Positions 1 through 8,147 of a stretch of DNA of 64,000 nt are shown here, one piece after another (the stretch's first letter is position 1; each line of letters opens with the position of its first letter). The DNA is taken from positions 5,018-69,017 of the forward strand of contig JANODL010000152.1 in the NCBI GenBank assembly GCA_031412675.1, written 5' to 3'. The notes beneath the pieces are model-generated. The model was not told where the DNA came from. It was given only the letters and a program-made list of their open reading frames with translations, and made no database searches. The stretch is from Acidobacteriota bacterium. Lineage in GTDB: Bacteria; Acidobacteriota; Blastocatellia; Pyrinomonadales; Pyrinomonadaceae. Made by a program: the position numbers and the translations under genes.

Positions 1-223
1 TTTCAGAGATTTTTAATTCTTTGTAAGCCGGTTCGACTTTCCGCAAAACATCGAACGGCGAGAGATTCGCTTTTTTGAGCAATTCCCGAAGTTTTTCCTC
101 TGAAAGCGCATCAATAAAATAATTGACTTTTCGGTAATCAACGCCGTTTTCCTCAAACAATTTGTTCAATTTGCGGCAAGTCGTGCAAGTCGGTTTTTCG
201 TAAACGGTAATTTTCTCTGTCAT
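1..223 (-). CDS. ArsC/Spx-family glutaredoxin-like protein, N-terminal part (C-terminus lies outside the window)
   Basis: Hand translation from ATG at 223-221 gives MTEKITVYEKPTCTTCRKLNKLFEENGVDYRKVNYFIDALSEEKLRELL... The CxxC near the N-terminus and the overall pattern are typical of ArsC/YffB-family proteins. It is missing from the ORF track because the window edge truncates it. Confidence 0.7.
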   Translation of the reverse strand, partial: MTEKITVYEKPTCTTCRKLNKLFEENGVDYRKVNYFIDALSEEKLRELLKKANLSPFDVLRKVEPAYKELKISE

Positions 224-231
224 AAATAGAT

Positions 232-370
232 GATTGGAGCGCAAGCGTCCTCGCTTGCAATGCGTCGCGTTTTTGGCGGCGCAAACATCTGCGATTTATT
301 TTCAGTCTTCGGGTTAAAGAAATACTTGTTCGCTTCGCTCATTGCAAGCGAGGACGCTTGCGCTCCAGTC
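232..370. mobile_element. REPIN/MITE-like element, family 1, copy A
   Basis: Terminal inverted repeats GATTGGAGCGCAAGCGTCCTCGCTTGCAATG (about 232-262) and CATTGCAAGCGAGGACGCTTGCGCTCCAGTC (340-370). Each end contains its own hairpin, GCAAGCG-N3-CGCTTGC. Related copies lie at 9149-9279 and 31011-31203. Confidence 0.75.
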
Positions 371-754
371 TTAAATCATATCGCCGCGCCGCGTTTCAAC
401 CAACTTTTCGTCGTCTTTCAAACAAAACATTTTCGATTTCGTGACAAACCGCACACCCATCGGAATTTCGAGCGAAAACGACGCGCCGCGTCCGGGTGTG
501 ACATCAATCGTCAATTCCGTGTGCTGCCACGTTTCAAACTGATCTTTGGCGATATAAAAATCACAGCCGTCAATTTGCCCGAGCCAAACATCGGCGCGTC
601 CGACGATAAATTCGCCTTTCGCGTAACACATCGGCGAAGAACCGTCGCAGCAACCGCCCGATTGATGAAACATCAATTCGCCGTGCTTGGCGCGAAGTTC
701 GTTAATAATCTTTTTCGCTTCGTCGGTAACGTGAACTCTTGCTACTTCTTTCAT
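371..754 (-). CDS. DUF779 family protein
   Basis: 127 aa carrying the HQSGGCCDGS motif characteristic of DUF779. This family is usually encoded directly downstream of an aldehyde dehydrogenase. Confidence 0.8.
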   Translation of the reverse strand: MKEVARVHVTDEAKKIINELRAKHGELMFHQSGGCCDGSSPMCYAKGEFIVGRADVWLGQIDGCDFYIAKDQFETWQHTELTIDVTPGRGASFSLEIPMGVRFVTKSKMFCLKDDEKLVETRRGDMI

Positions 755-1263
755 AATACTTTCAGTATAAACGAATCAACCCAATTCGACTTAATGCGCG
801 CATATTCTGATTTGTCAGAAACCCTTTTCGCCAGACCCAATTTGTAATCATTATATTCACGCGCAAGTTCGAGATTTTCCCTCAAAACATCGCGGAATTT
901 TAATTTCAAATGCCAATCCGTATTAGCTTCCGTATAAATATGAGCTTGGCAGTAACGAATATTGTCTCTGTCCCGCACGGCGTAAAAATGTCCGATTTCG
1001 TCATCGAATTGACCGCGATATTCGTAACCGAGTTTCCCAAGCGCGTCGGCAACCGCCTTCAAACCTTTCGCGCCGCACAGAATCGCAATGTCCAAAACAG
1101 GTTTCGCAAACACAGTGGTAATCGCCGTGCTGCCGATGTGTTCGACAATCAGCCGCGAATCCGCGACGGCAGTTTCGATGCGTTCACGTTCCGCCAAAAA
1201 ATCATCTTTCCACGCGCTATCGTGGGGCAACAATCGCAACTCGCTTTTGTTCATTCCATACAT
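751..1263 (-). CDS. GrpB family protein
   Basis: 170 aa with LLPHDSAWKDDF...VEHIGSTAI, typical of the GrpB/nucleotidyltransferase-like domain. Its stop overlaps the DUF779 start by 4 nt. The start may instead be the internal Met (MNKSE). Confidence 0.75.
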   Translation of the reverse strand: MYGMNKSELRLLPHDSAWKDDFLAERERIETAVADSRLIVEHIGSTAITTVFAKPVLDIAILCGAKGLKAVADALGKLGYEYRGQFDDEIGHFYAVRDRDNIRYCQAHIYTEANTDWHLKLKFRDVLRENLELAREYNDYKLGLAKRVSDKSEYARIKSNWVDSFILKVL

Positions 1264-1318
1264 AAAAGATTTTTCACTTCATCGGTTATTTTTACTCTTG
1301 AAATGTTTTTCATATTAT

Positions 1319-1348
1319 TTGACAACCCGATCAGGTCGTAATTACAAT
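1319..1348 (+). promoter_or_regulatory. sigma70-like promoter TTGACA-N18-TACAAT for mazEF, probably giving a leaderless mRNA
   Basis: TTGACA at 1319-1324 and TACAAT at 1343-1348. The mazE ATG at 1355 lies only 7 nt after the -10 box and has no Shine-Dalgarno sequence. Confidence 0.5.
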
Positions 1349-1354
1349 GTTATT

Positions 1355-1630
1355 ATGAAAGCAAACATCGTTCAAATCGGCAATTCCAAAGGCGTTCGGA
1401 TTCCGAAAACATTGCTTGAGCAATTGCATTTTGAAAAATCGGTCGAATTTCAGGTTTTGCCCGAAGGTTTGCTTCTGCGTCCTGTTCACGAAGAAAAACA
1501 AAATAATTTGCCGCGCACAGGGTGGAACGAAATGTTTCAAACGGCTTTAGCCGAAGACGGCGACGACGCACAAGAATTTGCCGAGTGGAATCAAGCCGGA
1601 TTGACCGCATTTGACGATACCGAATGGTAA
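1355..1630 (+). CDS. mazE: MazE/AbrB-SpoVT type antitoxin
   Basis: MKANIVQIGNSKGVRIPKTLLEQL..., an AbrB/SpoVT-fold N-terminus with an acidic C-terminus. Overlaps the downstream toxin gene by 7 nt. The longer ORF from 1088 is antisense to GrpB and was rejected. Confidence 0.75.
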   Translation: MKANIVQIGNSKGVRIPKTLLEQLHFEKSVEFQVLPEGLLLRPVHEEKQNNLPRTGWNEMFQTALAEDGDDAQEFAEWNQAGLTAFDDTEW

Positions 1631-1947
1631 TCAAACGATTTGAAATTTATTGGGTCAATCTCGACCCGACCGTCGGACGCGAAATACGGAAAACTCGTCC
1701 GGCAGTCGTTATTTCTCCAAACGAAGTAAATAATGCGCTTGGCACAATTCTTGTCGCCCCCGTAACCTCAAACAAACGAAATTTTCCGACACGAGTTTCT
1801 TTTGAACTAAACGAAAACGAAAACTACATTGCGCTCGACCAAATCCGCGCCGTTGACAAAATTCGTCTCGGTAAAAAAATATCCGTGTTAAATAAGGAAA
1901 TCGCGCAGACGGTTTGTGAAAGGTTACAGGAACTTTTCGCGTTTTGA
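1624..1947 (+). CDS. mazF: MazF/PemK family endoribonuclease toxin
   Basis: 107 aa with FEIYWVNLDPTVGREIRKTRPAVVISP...LVAPVTS, the PemK/MazF signature. Confidence 0.85.
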   Translation: MVIKRFEIYWVNLDPTVGREIRKTRPAVVISPNEVNNALGTILVAPVTSNKRNFPTRVSFELNENENYIALDQIRAVDKIRLGKKISVLNKEIAQTVCERLQELFAF

Positions 1948-1995
1948 AAATTCTTGATTTTTAGTGCGAAATTGGGCGATAACTTTTCGCTAACT

Positions 1996-3027
1996 TTAGT
2001 GATTGACAGTTTCAAAATCTGACCAACGACCGCCTTTGGTTTCATCAAAAACAGGTTTGATAACTAATTCTCCTTTTTTATTGATATAGCCGATTTTTCT
2101 ATCAATCATAACAGCGGCTAATCCGTGAGAAAATATCCCGACTAGATCAAACTTGGGCGTAATTACAAGTTTTCCGTTGAGATTAATAAACCCGTATTTT
2201 CCATCTTTCTTGACAGAAGCTAAACCTTCGTAAAAATGAAACATTTCATCGTATGTCGGGCGCAATATAAATTTTCCGTTTTTATCAATTATTCCCCATT
2301 TGCCTTTTTCATTTACAATCGAACGACCTTCTTGAAAAATCCCGACAGCGGCGTATTTTGGTTCTAAAATTATTTTTCCGTTACGAGTTTTGAAACCCGC
2401 GCCTCTTTTTTCTTCATCCCAAAAAGATTGAAGTTCAGGATTGCTTCGGCTTATTGGATCAACCTTGGTATTTGTTTCTAAAATTTCACCTTTTTTATTG
2501 ATTAAATACGAGGTAAGTTCCAAATCTTGAATAACCGCAGTTCCATTTATAAATCGATAACAAGTTTCATACTTTATTGGGATAGTCACATTTCCGGCAT
2601 TATCAATATATCCGCATTTATCATCAATTTTGACATCCGCCAAACCTTCGCTGAAAGCAAAAGTGTCATCAAATTGATAATCAACTATTAATCTGCCGCT
2701 TTTATCAATAAAGCCGTATTTACCATCTTTTTTAACAGAAACTAATCTTTCGTCAAACCAGTTAGCGTCATCAAATTGAAAACCAATGACAAGCTCTCCT
2801 TTAGTATTAATAAAACCATATTTATCGCCCATTTCAACAGCCGCGAAACCTTCGCTGAAAGTTAATGCGTAATCATACTGAGGTTGAATAACAAACTCAC
2901 CTTGAGGATTAATAAAACCATATTTTCCTTGATAACTAACTCTTGCTAACGCCATTTCTTGAGCATTTAAAGTTACGGCAAATAATGAGAAAACTATTGC
3001 AGTAAGTAAAAGTATTTTTGGTTTCAT
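1996..3027 (-). CDS. secreted WG (KWG) repeat protein
   Basis: Signal peptide MKPKILLLTAIVFSLFAVTLNAQ, then about ten repeats of the form GKYGFI(D/N)xxG.hhI.P.YD....F.EG.A.V. The gene is visibly AT-richer than its neighbours. Confidence 0.7.
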   Translation of the reverse strand: MKPKILLLTAIVFSLFAVTLNAQEMALARVSYQGKYGFINPQGEFVIQPQYDYALTFSEGFAAVEMGDKYGFINTKGELVIGFQFDDANWFDERLVSVKKDGKYGFIDKSGRLIVDYQFDDTFAFSEGLADVKIDDKCGYIDNAGNVTIPIKYETCYRFINGTAVIQDLELTSYLINKKGEILETNTKVDPISRSNPELQSFWDEEKRGAGFKTRNGKIILEPKYAAVGIFQEGRSIVNEKGKWGIIDKNGKFILRPTYDEMFHFYEGLASVKKDGKYGFINLNGKLVITPKFDLVGIFSHGLAAVMIDRKIGYINKKGELVIKPVFDETKGGRWSDFETVNH

Positions 3028-3187
3028 ATTGTTTTTTAGCTTAAGAGTAATTCAATAAGATTCAACAAGTCTTATTGCTGTTGCATTTACCACAAACATT
3101 TATTTAATTTTGAGATAGTCTAAACGTGGATGAACGCAAATCAAAAAAATCTGCATTCATCCGTATCTGTCTGCGGTTAATTGTTCT

Positions 3188-4699
3188 TTAGAAAAATCCC
3201 ATCGCTTTCTTGTCGTAAGAAACGAGCATATTTTTGTTGTTGCGGTAATGGTCGAGCATCATCTTGTGGTTTTCGCGTCCGAAGCCCGATTTTTTGTAGC
3301 CGCCGAACGGCGCGTGTGCGGGATAATTGTGATAGCAATTGACCCAAACGCGTCCGGCTTTGATGGCTCGCGGAACTTGGTAAAGCTGGTGCGCGTCGCG
3401 TGTCCAAACGCCTGCGCCCAAGCCGTAAAGCGTATCGTTGGCGATTTCGATAGCGTCGGCTTCGTCTTTGAAAGTCGTTACAGACGCAACCGGACCGAAG
3501 ATTTCTTCTTGGAAAACGCGCATTTTATTATGTCCTTTGAGAAGCGTCGGCTCAACGTAGAAACCTTCTTCGATGCCTTCGTTTTTGTGCATTTCGCCGC
3601 CGCATAAAACTTCCGCGCCTTCATCGCGCCCGATTTGAATGTAATTCAAGATTTTTTCAAATTGGTCACGGCTTGCCTGTGCGCCAATCATCGTCGAAGG
3701 ATCGAGCGGATGACCGAGTTTGATGGCTTTTGTGCGTTCGATAACGCGTTCGATAAATTTGTCGGCGATTGATTCCTGCACCAAAATCCGTGACGGGCAA
3801 GTGCAGACTTCGCCTTGATTAAGCGCGAAAAGTGCCGCGCCTTCGAGACATTTGTCAAAGAAATCGTCGTCCGCGTCCATCACGCTTTCAAAGAAAATAT
3901 TCGGCGATTTTCCGCCTAATTCAAGCGTTACGGGAATGAGATTTTGCGACGCGTATTGCATAATCAGTCGTCCGGTCGTCGTTTCGCCCGTGAAGGCGAC
4001 TTTCGCCACACGTTCCGATTGAGCGAGCGGTTTTCCGGCTTCCGTCCCGAAACCGTTGACGATATTTAACACTCCCGGCGGCAGAATATCCTGAATCAAT
4101 TCCATCAAAACCATAATCGAAGCGGGCGTTTGTTCCGCCGGTTTGACGATTGTGCAGTTTCCGGCGGCAAGCGCGGGCGCGATTTTCCAAGTCGCCATCA
4201 AAAGCGGAAAGTTCCAAGGAATAATCTGCGCGACCACGCCGAGCGGTTCGTGAATATTGATCGAAAGCGTGTTTGCGTCGAGTTCCGTCGCTTCGCCTGT
4301 TTCAGCGCGAATGACACCCGCAAAATAGCGGAAATGGTCAATCGCCAAAGGCAAATCCGCCGCCATCGTTTCACGAATCGGTTTGCCGTTGTCCCAAGTT
4401 TCGGCGCGGGCGAGAAGTTCGAGATTTTCCTGCATCACGTCGGCAATTTTCCATAAAAGATTGCTCCGCGTTGTCGCCGAAGAATTATTCCATTCGGGCG
4501 CGGCTTTGTGCGCCGCGTCGAGCGCGAGTTCGATGTCTTCTTCGGTCGAACGCGCAATGCGCGTAAAGGGTTTGCCGTCAACCGGCGAAATATTGTCGAA
4601 ATATTCGCCGCCGCGAGGCGCAACCCATTCGCCGCCGATAAAATTTTCGTATTGTTCTTTGAATTTCGGAATGTCGTATGTTTTTTGTACTGCGTCCAT
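3188..4699 (-). CDS. NAD(P)-dependent aldehyde dehydrogenase
   Basis: 503 aa with the ALDH motifs [15 protein letters not shown] and EVCTCPSR (catalytic Cys). AAGGAG Shine-Dalgarno sequence upstream of the ATG. Confidence 0.95.
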   Translation of the reverse strand: MDAVQKTYDIPKFKEQYENFIGGEWVAPRGGEYFDNISPVDGKPFTRIARSTEEDIELALDAAHKAAPEWNNSSATTRSNLLWKIADVMQENLELLARAETWDNGKPIRETMAADLPLAIDHFRYFAGVIRAETGEATELDANTLSINIHEPLGVVAQIIPWNFPLLMATWKIAPALAAGNCTIVKPAEQTPASIMVLMELIQDILPPGVLNIVNGFGTEAGKPLAQSERVAKVAFTGETTTGRLIMQYASQNLIPVTLELGGKSPNIFFESVMDADDDFFDKCLEGAALFALNQGEVCTCPSRILVQESIADKFIERVIERTKAIKLGHPLDPSTMIGAQASRDQFEKILNYIQIGRDEGAEVLCGGEMHKNEGIEEGFYVEPTLLKGHNKMRVFQEEIFGPVASVTTFKDEADAIEIANDTLYGLGAGVWTRDAHQLYQVPRAIKAGRVWVNCYHNYPAHAPFGGYKKSGFGRENHKMMLDHYRNNKNMLVSYDKKAMGFF

Positions 4700-5105
4700 C
4701 GGTTTTTTTACTCCTTAGTCTTTAGTTGAAAAATTTGCCAATAATCGGGGATATTGGGCGATTTATTTTATTTCAGGTGAAATTTATTTTAGCACTTTTG
4801 ATTCCGGAAATCCTAAAGCGCAAAAGAACAAGTCATTGTGTTAAAACTTTAAAGTTTGTGTTTATTTTGTTAAAAAAATTGGTATGATAGATTTGGCGTG
4901 CGGAAAAAATTGAAATTTTACATCGCTTTAATTGGTTAGAGTTAAATTAAAAGATTAGGTTTTTAATCTGAAAATTATTTGATTCAAGACACGATGGCAA
5001 CGGTTATAACGGTTTTAACCATCCAAAACATTTGGCGCGGAATGACCAAAACTGCAAACGCACCACAATTCGATAAATTTAAGTTTTACCGGAGAAAAAG
5101 GCTTT

Positions 5106-5630
5106 ATGAAAACATCAACGGAAAATTCATCGGAAAATCCGCTCGAAAGAGTTGCGGAGAAGGAACAGGTGTCGGTTTATACCGTAAATTTTACGCAGGT
5201 TATTAATCATAACGCGGAAAAAGAAATTGTTTTAAAGCCGATAAAGGCAGAGGTTTTGGAAAAAACAAATAATCAAGTTTGGCTTTCCAAGATAATATTT
5301 AAGCGGCGCAATGCCATCGGAATCGCGGCGATTTTGGCGATTGGGATTCTGCATTTTGCCTTTCAAATATCGTTTATTCAAACTGAAAGAACACAGGTTG
5401 CCGAAAATCCTGTCAAAATCGAAACGGTTTCTGAACAGCCTGCCGAAACTAAGTCGGCTGAATTTGAAGTAAAAAAAGCAGATATTATTTTGCCGCCGAA
5501 ACCTGCGTCGCAAATCAAACAACGCCAAGCTGAAATTGCGCCTGCAAAGCCGCAACTCAAGAAAAAAGATTCCGTCGAAACCAAAGCCGAACGGCTTCGA
5601 CGGGCTGAAAAAATTCTCACCGGAATTTGA
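5106..5630 (+). CDS. hypothetical single-pass membrane protein
   Basis: GGAG lies 12 nt upstream of the ATG. One hydrophobic segment (AIGIAAILAIGILHFAF). No recognisable domain. Confidence 0.5.
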   Translation: MKTSTENSSENPLERVAEKEQVSVYTVNFTQVINHNAEKEIVLKPIKAEVLEKTNNQVWLSKIIFKRRNAIGIAAILAIGILHFAFQISFIQTERTQVAENPVKIETVSEQPAETKSAEFEVKKADIILPPKPASQIKQRQAEIAPAKPQLKKKDSVETKAERLRRAEKILTGI

Positions 5631-5668
5631 AGTTTTAATTGTTCGGGAATAAAAGAGAATTAAAAAAA

Positions 5669-6598
5669 ATGAACGGATCGAGTTTTACAAATAGAAGTTT
5701 GAAAAGTTTTATCAAAATTACGCTGGCTTGTCTTTTAATTTTGTCGGGCGGAATAAATTTATTTGCCCAATACAAAGGTGCGCCCGTCAAAAAAGAGCGG
5801 CTCATCAAAGCTCTTCGTTCGAGACAACTGCAAACTCGCGATATTGTCGCGGTCATCAAATCTAACGGCGTGGATTTCAGATTAACCGCTGAAACGAGAA
5901 AAAATCTGATTGCCGCCGGAGCGCGTCCCGAACTTATCAAAGCAATCGCCGACAATCTGCGGATTGCGCCGAGCGACGACAGCACATTTGCCAAAACCCG
6001 CAAACCGAATAACCGCCCGAAACCGCTTCCGCCGAATTACGACGAGTTGATTGACCAAGCGATGCTTTCCTACAAAGACCGGAAAAATCCGCAAGACGCG
6101 GTTCGCTTTCTGGAAACGGCGGTGAAGATGAATCCGAAAAAGCCCGAAGCCTATCAAATGCTCGGTTTTGTAAATCTTTACGGTTTGAATAATCTGCTGA
6201 AAGCCGAAGAGGTGATGCGTGAAGCCATCGAAAATGGCGGCAGCGCGGTTTTACGCGTTTATCACGACGATTCGGGCGGTTTTTCAAGCCGCTGTTCGGG
6301 TTCGCTCTACATTTCGCCCGAAAGCATCCGTTTTGAATCGGACGACAATCGCCATACGTTTGAAACGTCAATTTTCAATGTTGATAAAGTCAGACTCGAC
6401 ACCGAAACGAACCGCGACTGGAAAAAACACAGCGTTTTTAATGTTCTGCTCAAAATCGGCAAAGAGAAAACGAAATTTCGTTTTGCTCCAATCACGGGAA
6501 AAACGCAAGAATCGGAAATGGCTGAACGCTTTGTCGTGATTTCAAAAACGAGCCGCAATGTTCCGACGACAACGGCAATTTATTACCGACAATTTTAA
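5669..6598 (+). CDS. hypothetical secreted protein with a TPR/Sel1-like segment
   Basis: The internal ATG at 5669 gives the signal peptide MNGSSFTNRSLKSFIKITLACLLILSGGINLFAQ. The rest is hydrophilic and I could not assign a family. Confidence 0.6.
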   Translation: MNGSSFTNRSLKSFIKITLACLLILSGGINLFAQYKGAPVKKERLIKALRSRQLQTRDIVAVIKSNGVDFRLTAETRKNLIAAGARPELIKAIADNLRIAPSDDSTFAKTRKPNNRPKPLPPNYDELIDQAMLSYKDRKNPQDAVRFLETAVKMNPKKPEAYQMLGFVNLYGLNNLLKAEEVMREAIENGGSAVLRVYHDDSGGFSSRCSGSLYISPESIRFESDDNRHTFETSIFNVDKVRLDTETNRDWKKHSVFNVLLKIGKEKTKFRFAPITGKTQESEMAERFVVISKTSRNVPTTTAIYYRQF

Positions 6599-6607
6599 CG
6601 GCAAAAA

Positions 6608-6690
6608 TTAAAGTGCCGCGCCGACGATGTCCATTTTCGCGTAAACATTTCTTAAAGTTTCACGCGTTGTGAGACGTGCTTTTTCCGCAA
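6608..6690 (-). pseudogene. diverged relic of the trpS 3' end (last ~27 codons plus stop)
   Basis: By-eye alignment to 8148-8231 (the real trpS 3' end). About three quarters of ~84 nt are identical, including a run of 31 out of 32 (CGCGCCGACGATG(C/T)CCATTTTCGCGTAAACAT). It translates to ...AEKARLTTRETLRNVYAKMDIVGAAL* versus the real ...AEKARIIARETLRDVYAKMGIVGATN*. Confidence 0.6.
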
Positions 6691-6738
6691 GTTTTTTACA
6701 AGACTTGTATAAAAAGTTCAACATTCATATTTGGGAGA

Positions 6739-8121
6739 TTAAGGTTTTTCATTTTCAAGTTTTATGAAAACGCCTTGCTTAAAACGCATTTTGATGTTTT
6801 TTATTTGAGTGAAATCAGCAAGCGGATTTTTGTTCAGAACAAGAAAACTTGCTTCATAATTCTCTTGCAGTTTGCCGATTTTTCGAGTCGGGAAAATTGC
6901 TTGCGGCGTTGTTTCGACAGCAATTTTCAGTGTCGTTAGATTATCGAAAATCTTATTTTCCTGAAAGAATAAAATTTCAGGATTGACCGTTTTGCCGAAA
7001 TTATCTAAACCGAACGCGAGCCGCACGCCGCTCTGGTGCATTTCATTGAATAATTTTTTGTATCTTTCGAGAACGCGCTCGAATCTTTCGCGGTTAAGCG
7101 TTCCTTTTCCGCTTGCGTCGTAATCCGTCACGCTGTATATAATGCGCTGCGCCGTCGGAATGACGAAGACCTTTTTTCGGGCGGCGAGCTTGATGTCTTC
7201 GATTGTTAAATCATCCGCCGGTTTGGTTTCGAGTCTGCCGTTCCAACCGTAATTCGGCGCGTGGGCGAAACCGTCAACGCCGATTTTCAGACCGAGCCGG
7301 AAATCGTTCGCCGTTTCAACATGCGCGAAAACGCGTAAATTCGCCTGATGCGCCTTTTGCACGACATATTCGGCAACTTCGGGCGAGAGTCCATTGTTAC
7401 TTTTCTCGCCTGAAGCGGCAGATTTATTGTAATTTTCTGCGTCAAGCAGACCGATTTTTATGACATCGGGTTTGGTGGCGAGAATCTTCTCCCATTTGGC
7501 GTCAACATCTTGTTTCGAGTCGAGAAACCAGTAAGCATTATTTTCGTCGCGGCGGCTTTTTTTGATTTCGTCGATGCGCTTATAAGTTTCCGAATAACTG
7601 TAAATTCCCAGTTCCAGAGGTTCGTAGACCATAAACGGATGACCGTAAGTGCACGTCAGCATCCCGTTTGCATAGCTGACATCGAGTGCCGAAGGCTGAT
7701 TAAACCGCGCTCTGACCGCTTTTGCGCCCGTCGCGTGATTGCCTAAAACCTGCACATAAAATGTGCCTTCTTCGAGATATGCTTTGACGGTTTGGTCGAG
7801 ATTGAAAGTTCCGTCAAGATTGTGTGTGTGGGCATCGGCAAAAGGCGGAATGACGAAGCCGTTTTGAAGATCAACCGTTTCGTCAATTTTCGATGGCGCG
7901 CGCCGTGTGAAAATGCCTTTGACCGAGTAAAATGTCTGACGCTTGAATTTTTTCCCGTCAAACCAGTTTCCGTTGCTGAATTTATAAGTTTTGGAAGCGG
8001 CGACATCAACTTGCGCGTTGACTGCCGCGGAAAAGAAAAGATTCAAAATCAGGACGACTAAACCGATAATTGCTCTGCGCGAGGATGTTTTCATATATTT
8101 GTTTTGCCCAAATCCGGTCAA
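6739..8121 (-). CDS. secreted amidohydrolase family protein
   Basis: 460 aa with a signal peptide, the metal-binding motif FADAHTHN and an amidohydrolase-like C-terminus. The more likely start is the ATG at 8094 (MKTSSRRAIIGLVVL...). Confidence 0.8.
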   Translation of the reverse strand: MTGFGQNKYMKTSSRRAIIGLVVLILNLFFSAAVNAQVDVAASKTYKFSNGNWFDGKKFKRQTFYSVKGIFTRRAPSKIDETVDLQNGFVIPPFADAHTHNLDGTFNLDQTVKAYLEEGTFYVQVLGNHATGAKAVRARFNQPSALDVSYANGMLTCTYGHPFMVYEPLELGIYSYSETYKRIDEIKKSRRDENNAYWFLDSKQDVDAKWEKILATKPDVIKIGLLDAENYNKSAASGEKSNNGLSPEVAEYVVQKAHQANLRVFAHVETANDFRLGLKIGVDGFAHAPNYGWNGRLETKPADDLTIEDIKLAARKKVFVIPTAQRIIYSVTDYDASGKGTLNRERFERVLERYKKLFNEMHQSGVRLAFGLDNFGKTVNPEILFFQENKIFDNLTTLKIAVETTPQAIFPTRKIGKLQENYEASFLVLNKNPLADFTQIKNIKMRFKQGVFIKLENEKP

Positions 8122-8147
8122 ACGATTAATAGAAATCTTGATAATAC

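Noticed and set aside
230-847. A 205-aa plus-strand ORF, and many similar long ORFs antisense to real genes (for example 910-1341, 10194-10871, 12662-13285, 19242-20246, 26138-26776, 37541-38208, 45576-46256, 50830-51501, 53945-54466 and 59906-60481).
   Set aside because: They overlap strongly supported genes on the opposite strand. Their translations are Arg/Phe-rich and low complexity, which is typical of antisense frames, and they carry no recognisable motifs. The ORF at 230-847 also starts inside a repeat element.
3177-3407. A 76-aa ORF in another frame, overlapping the 3' end of the aldehyde dehydrogenase gene on the same strand.
   Set aside because: It lies entirely within a well-supported CDS in a different frame, and its composition is Arg/Gln-rich and artefactual.
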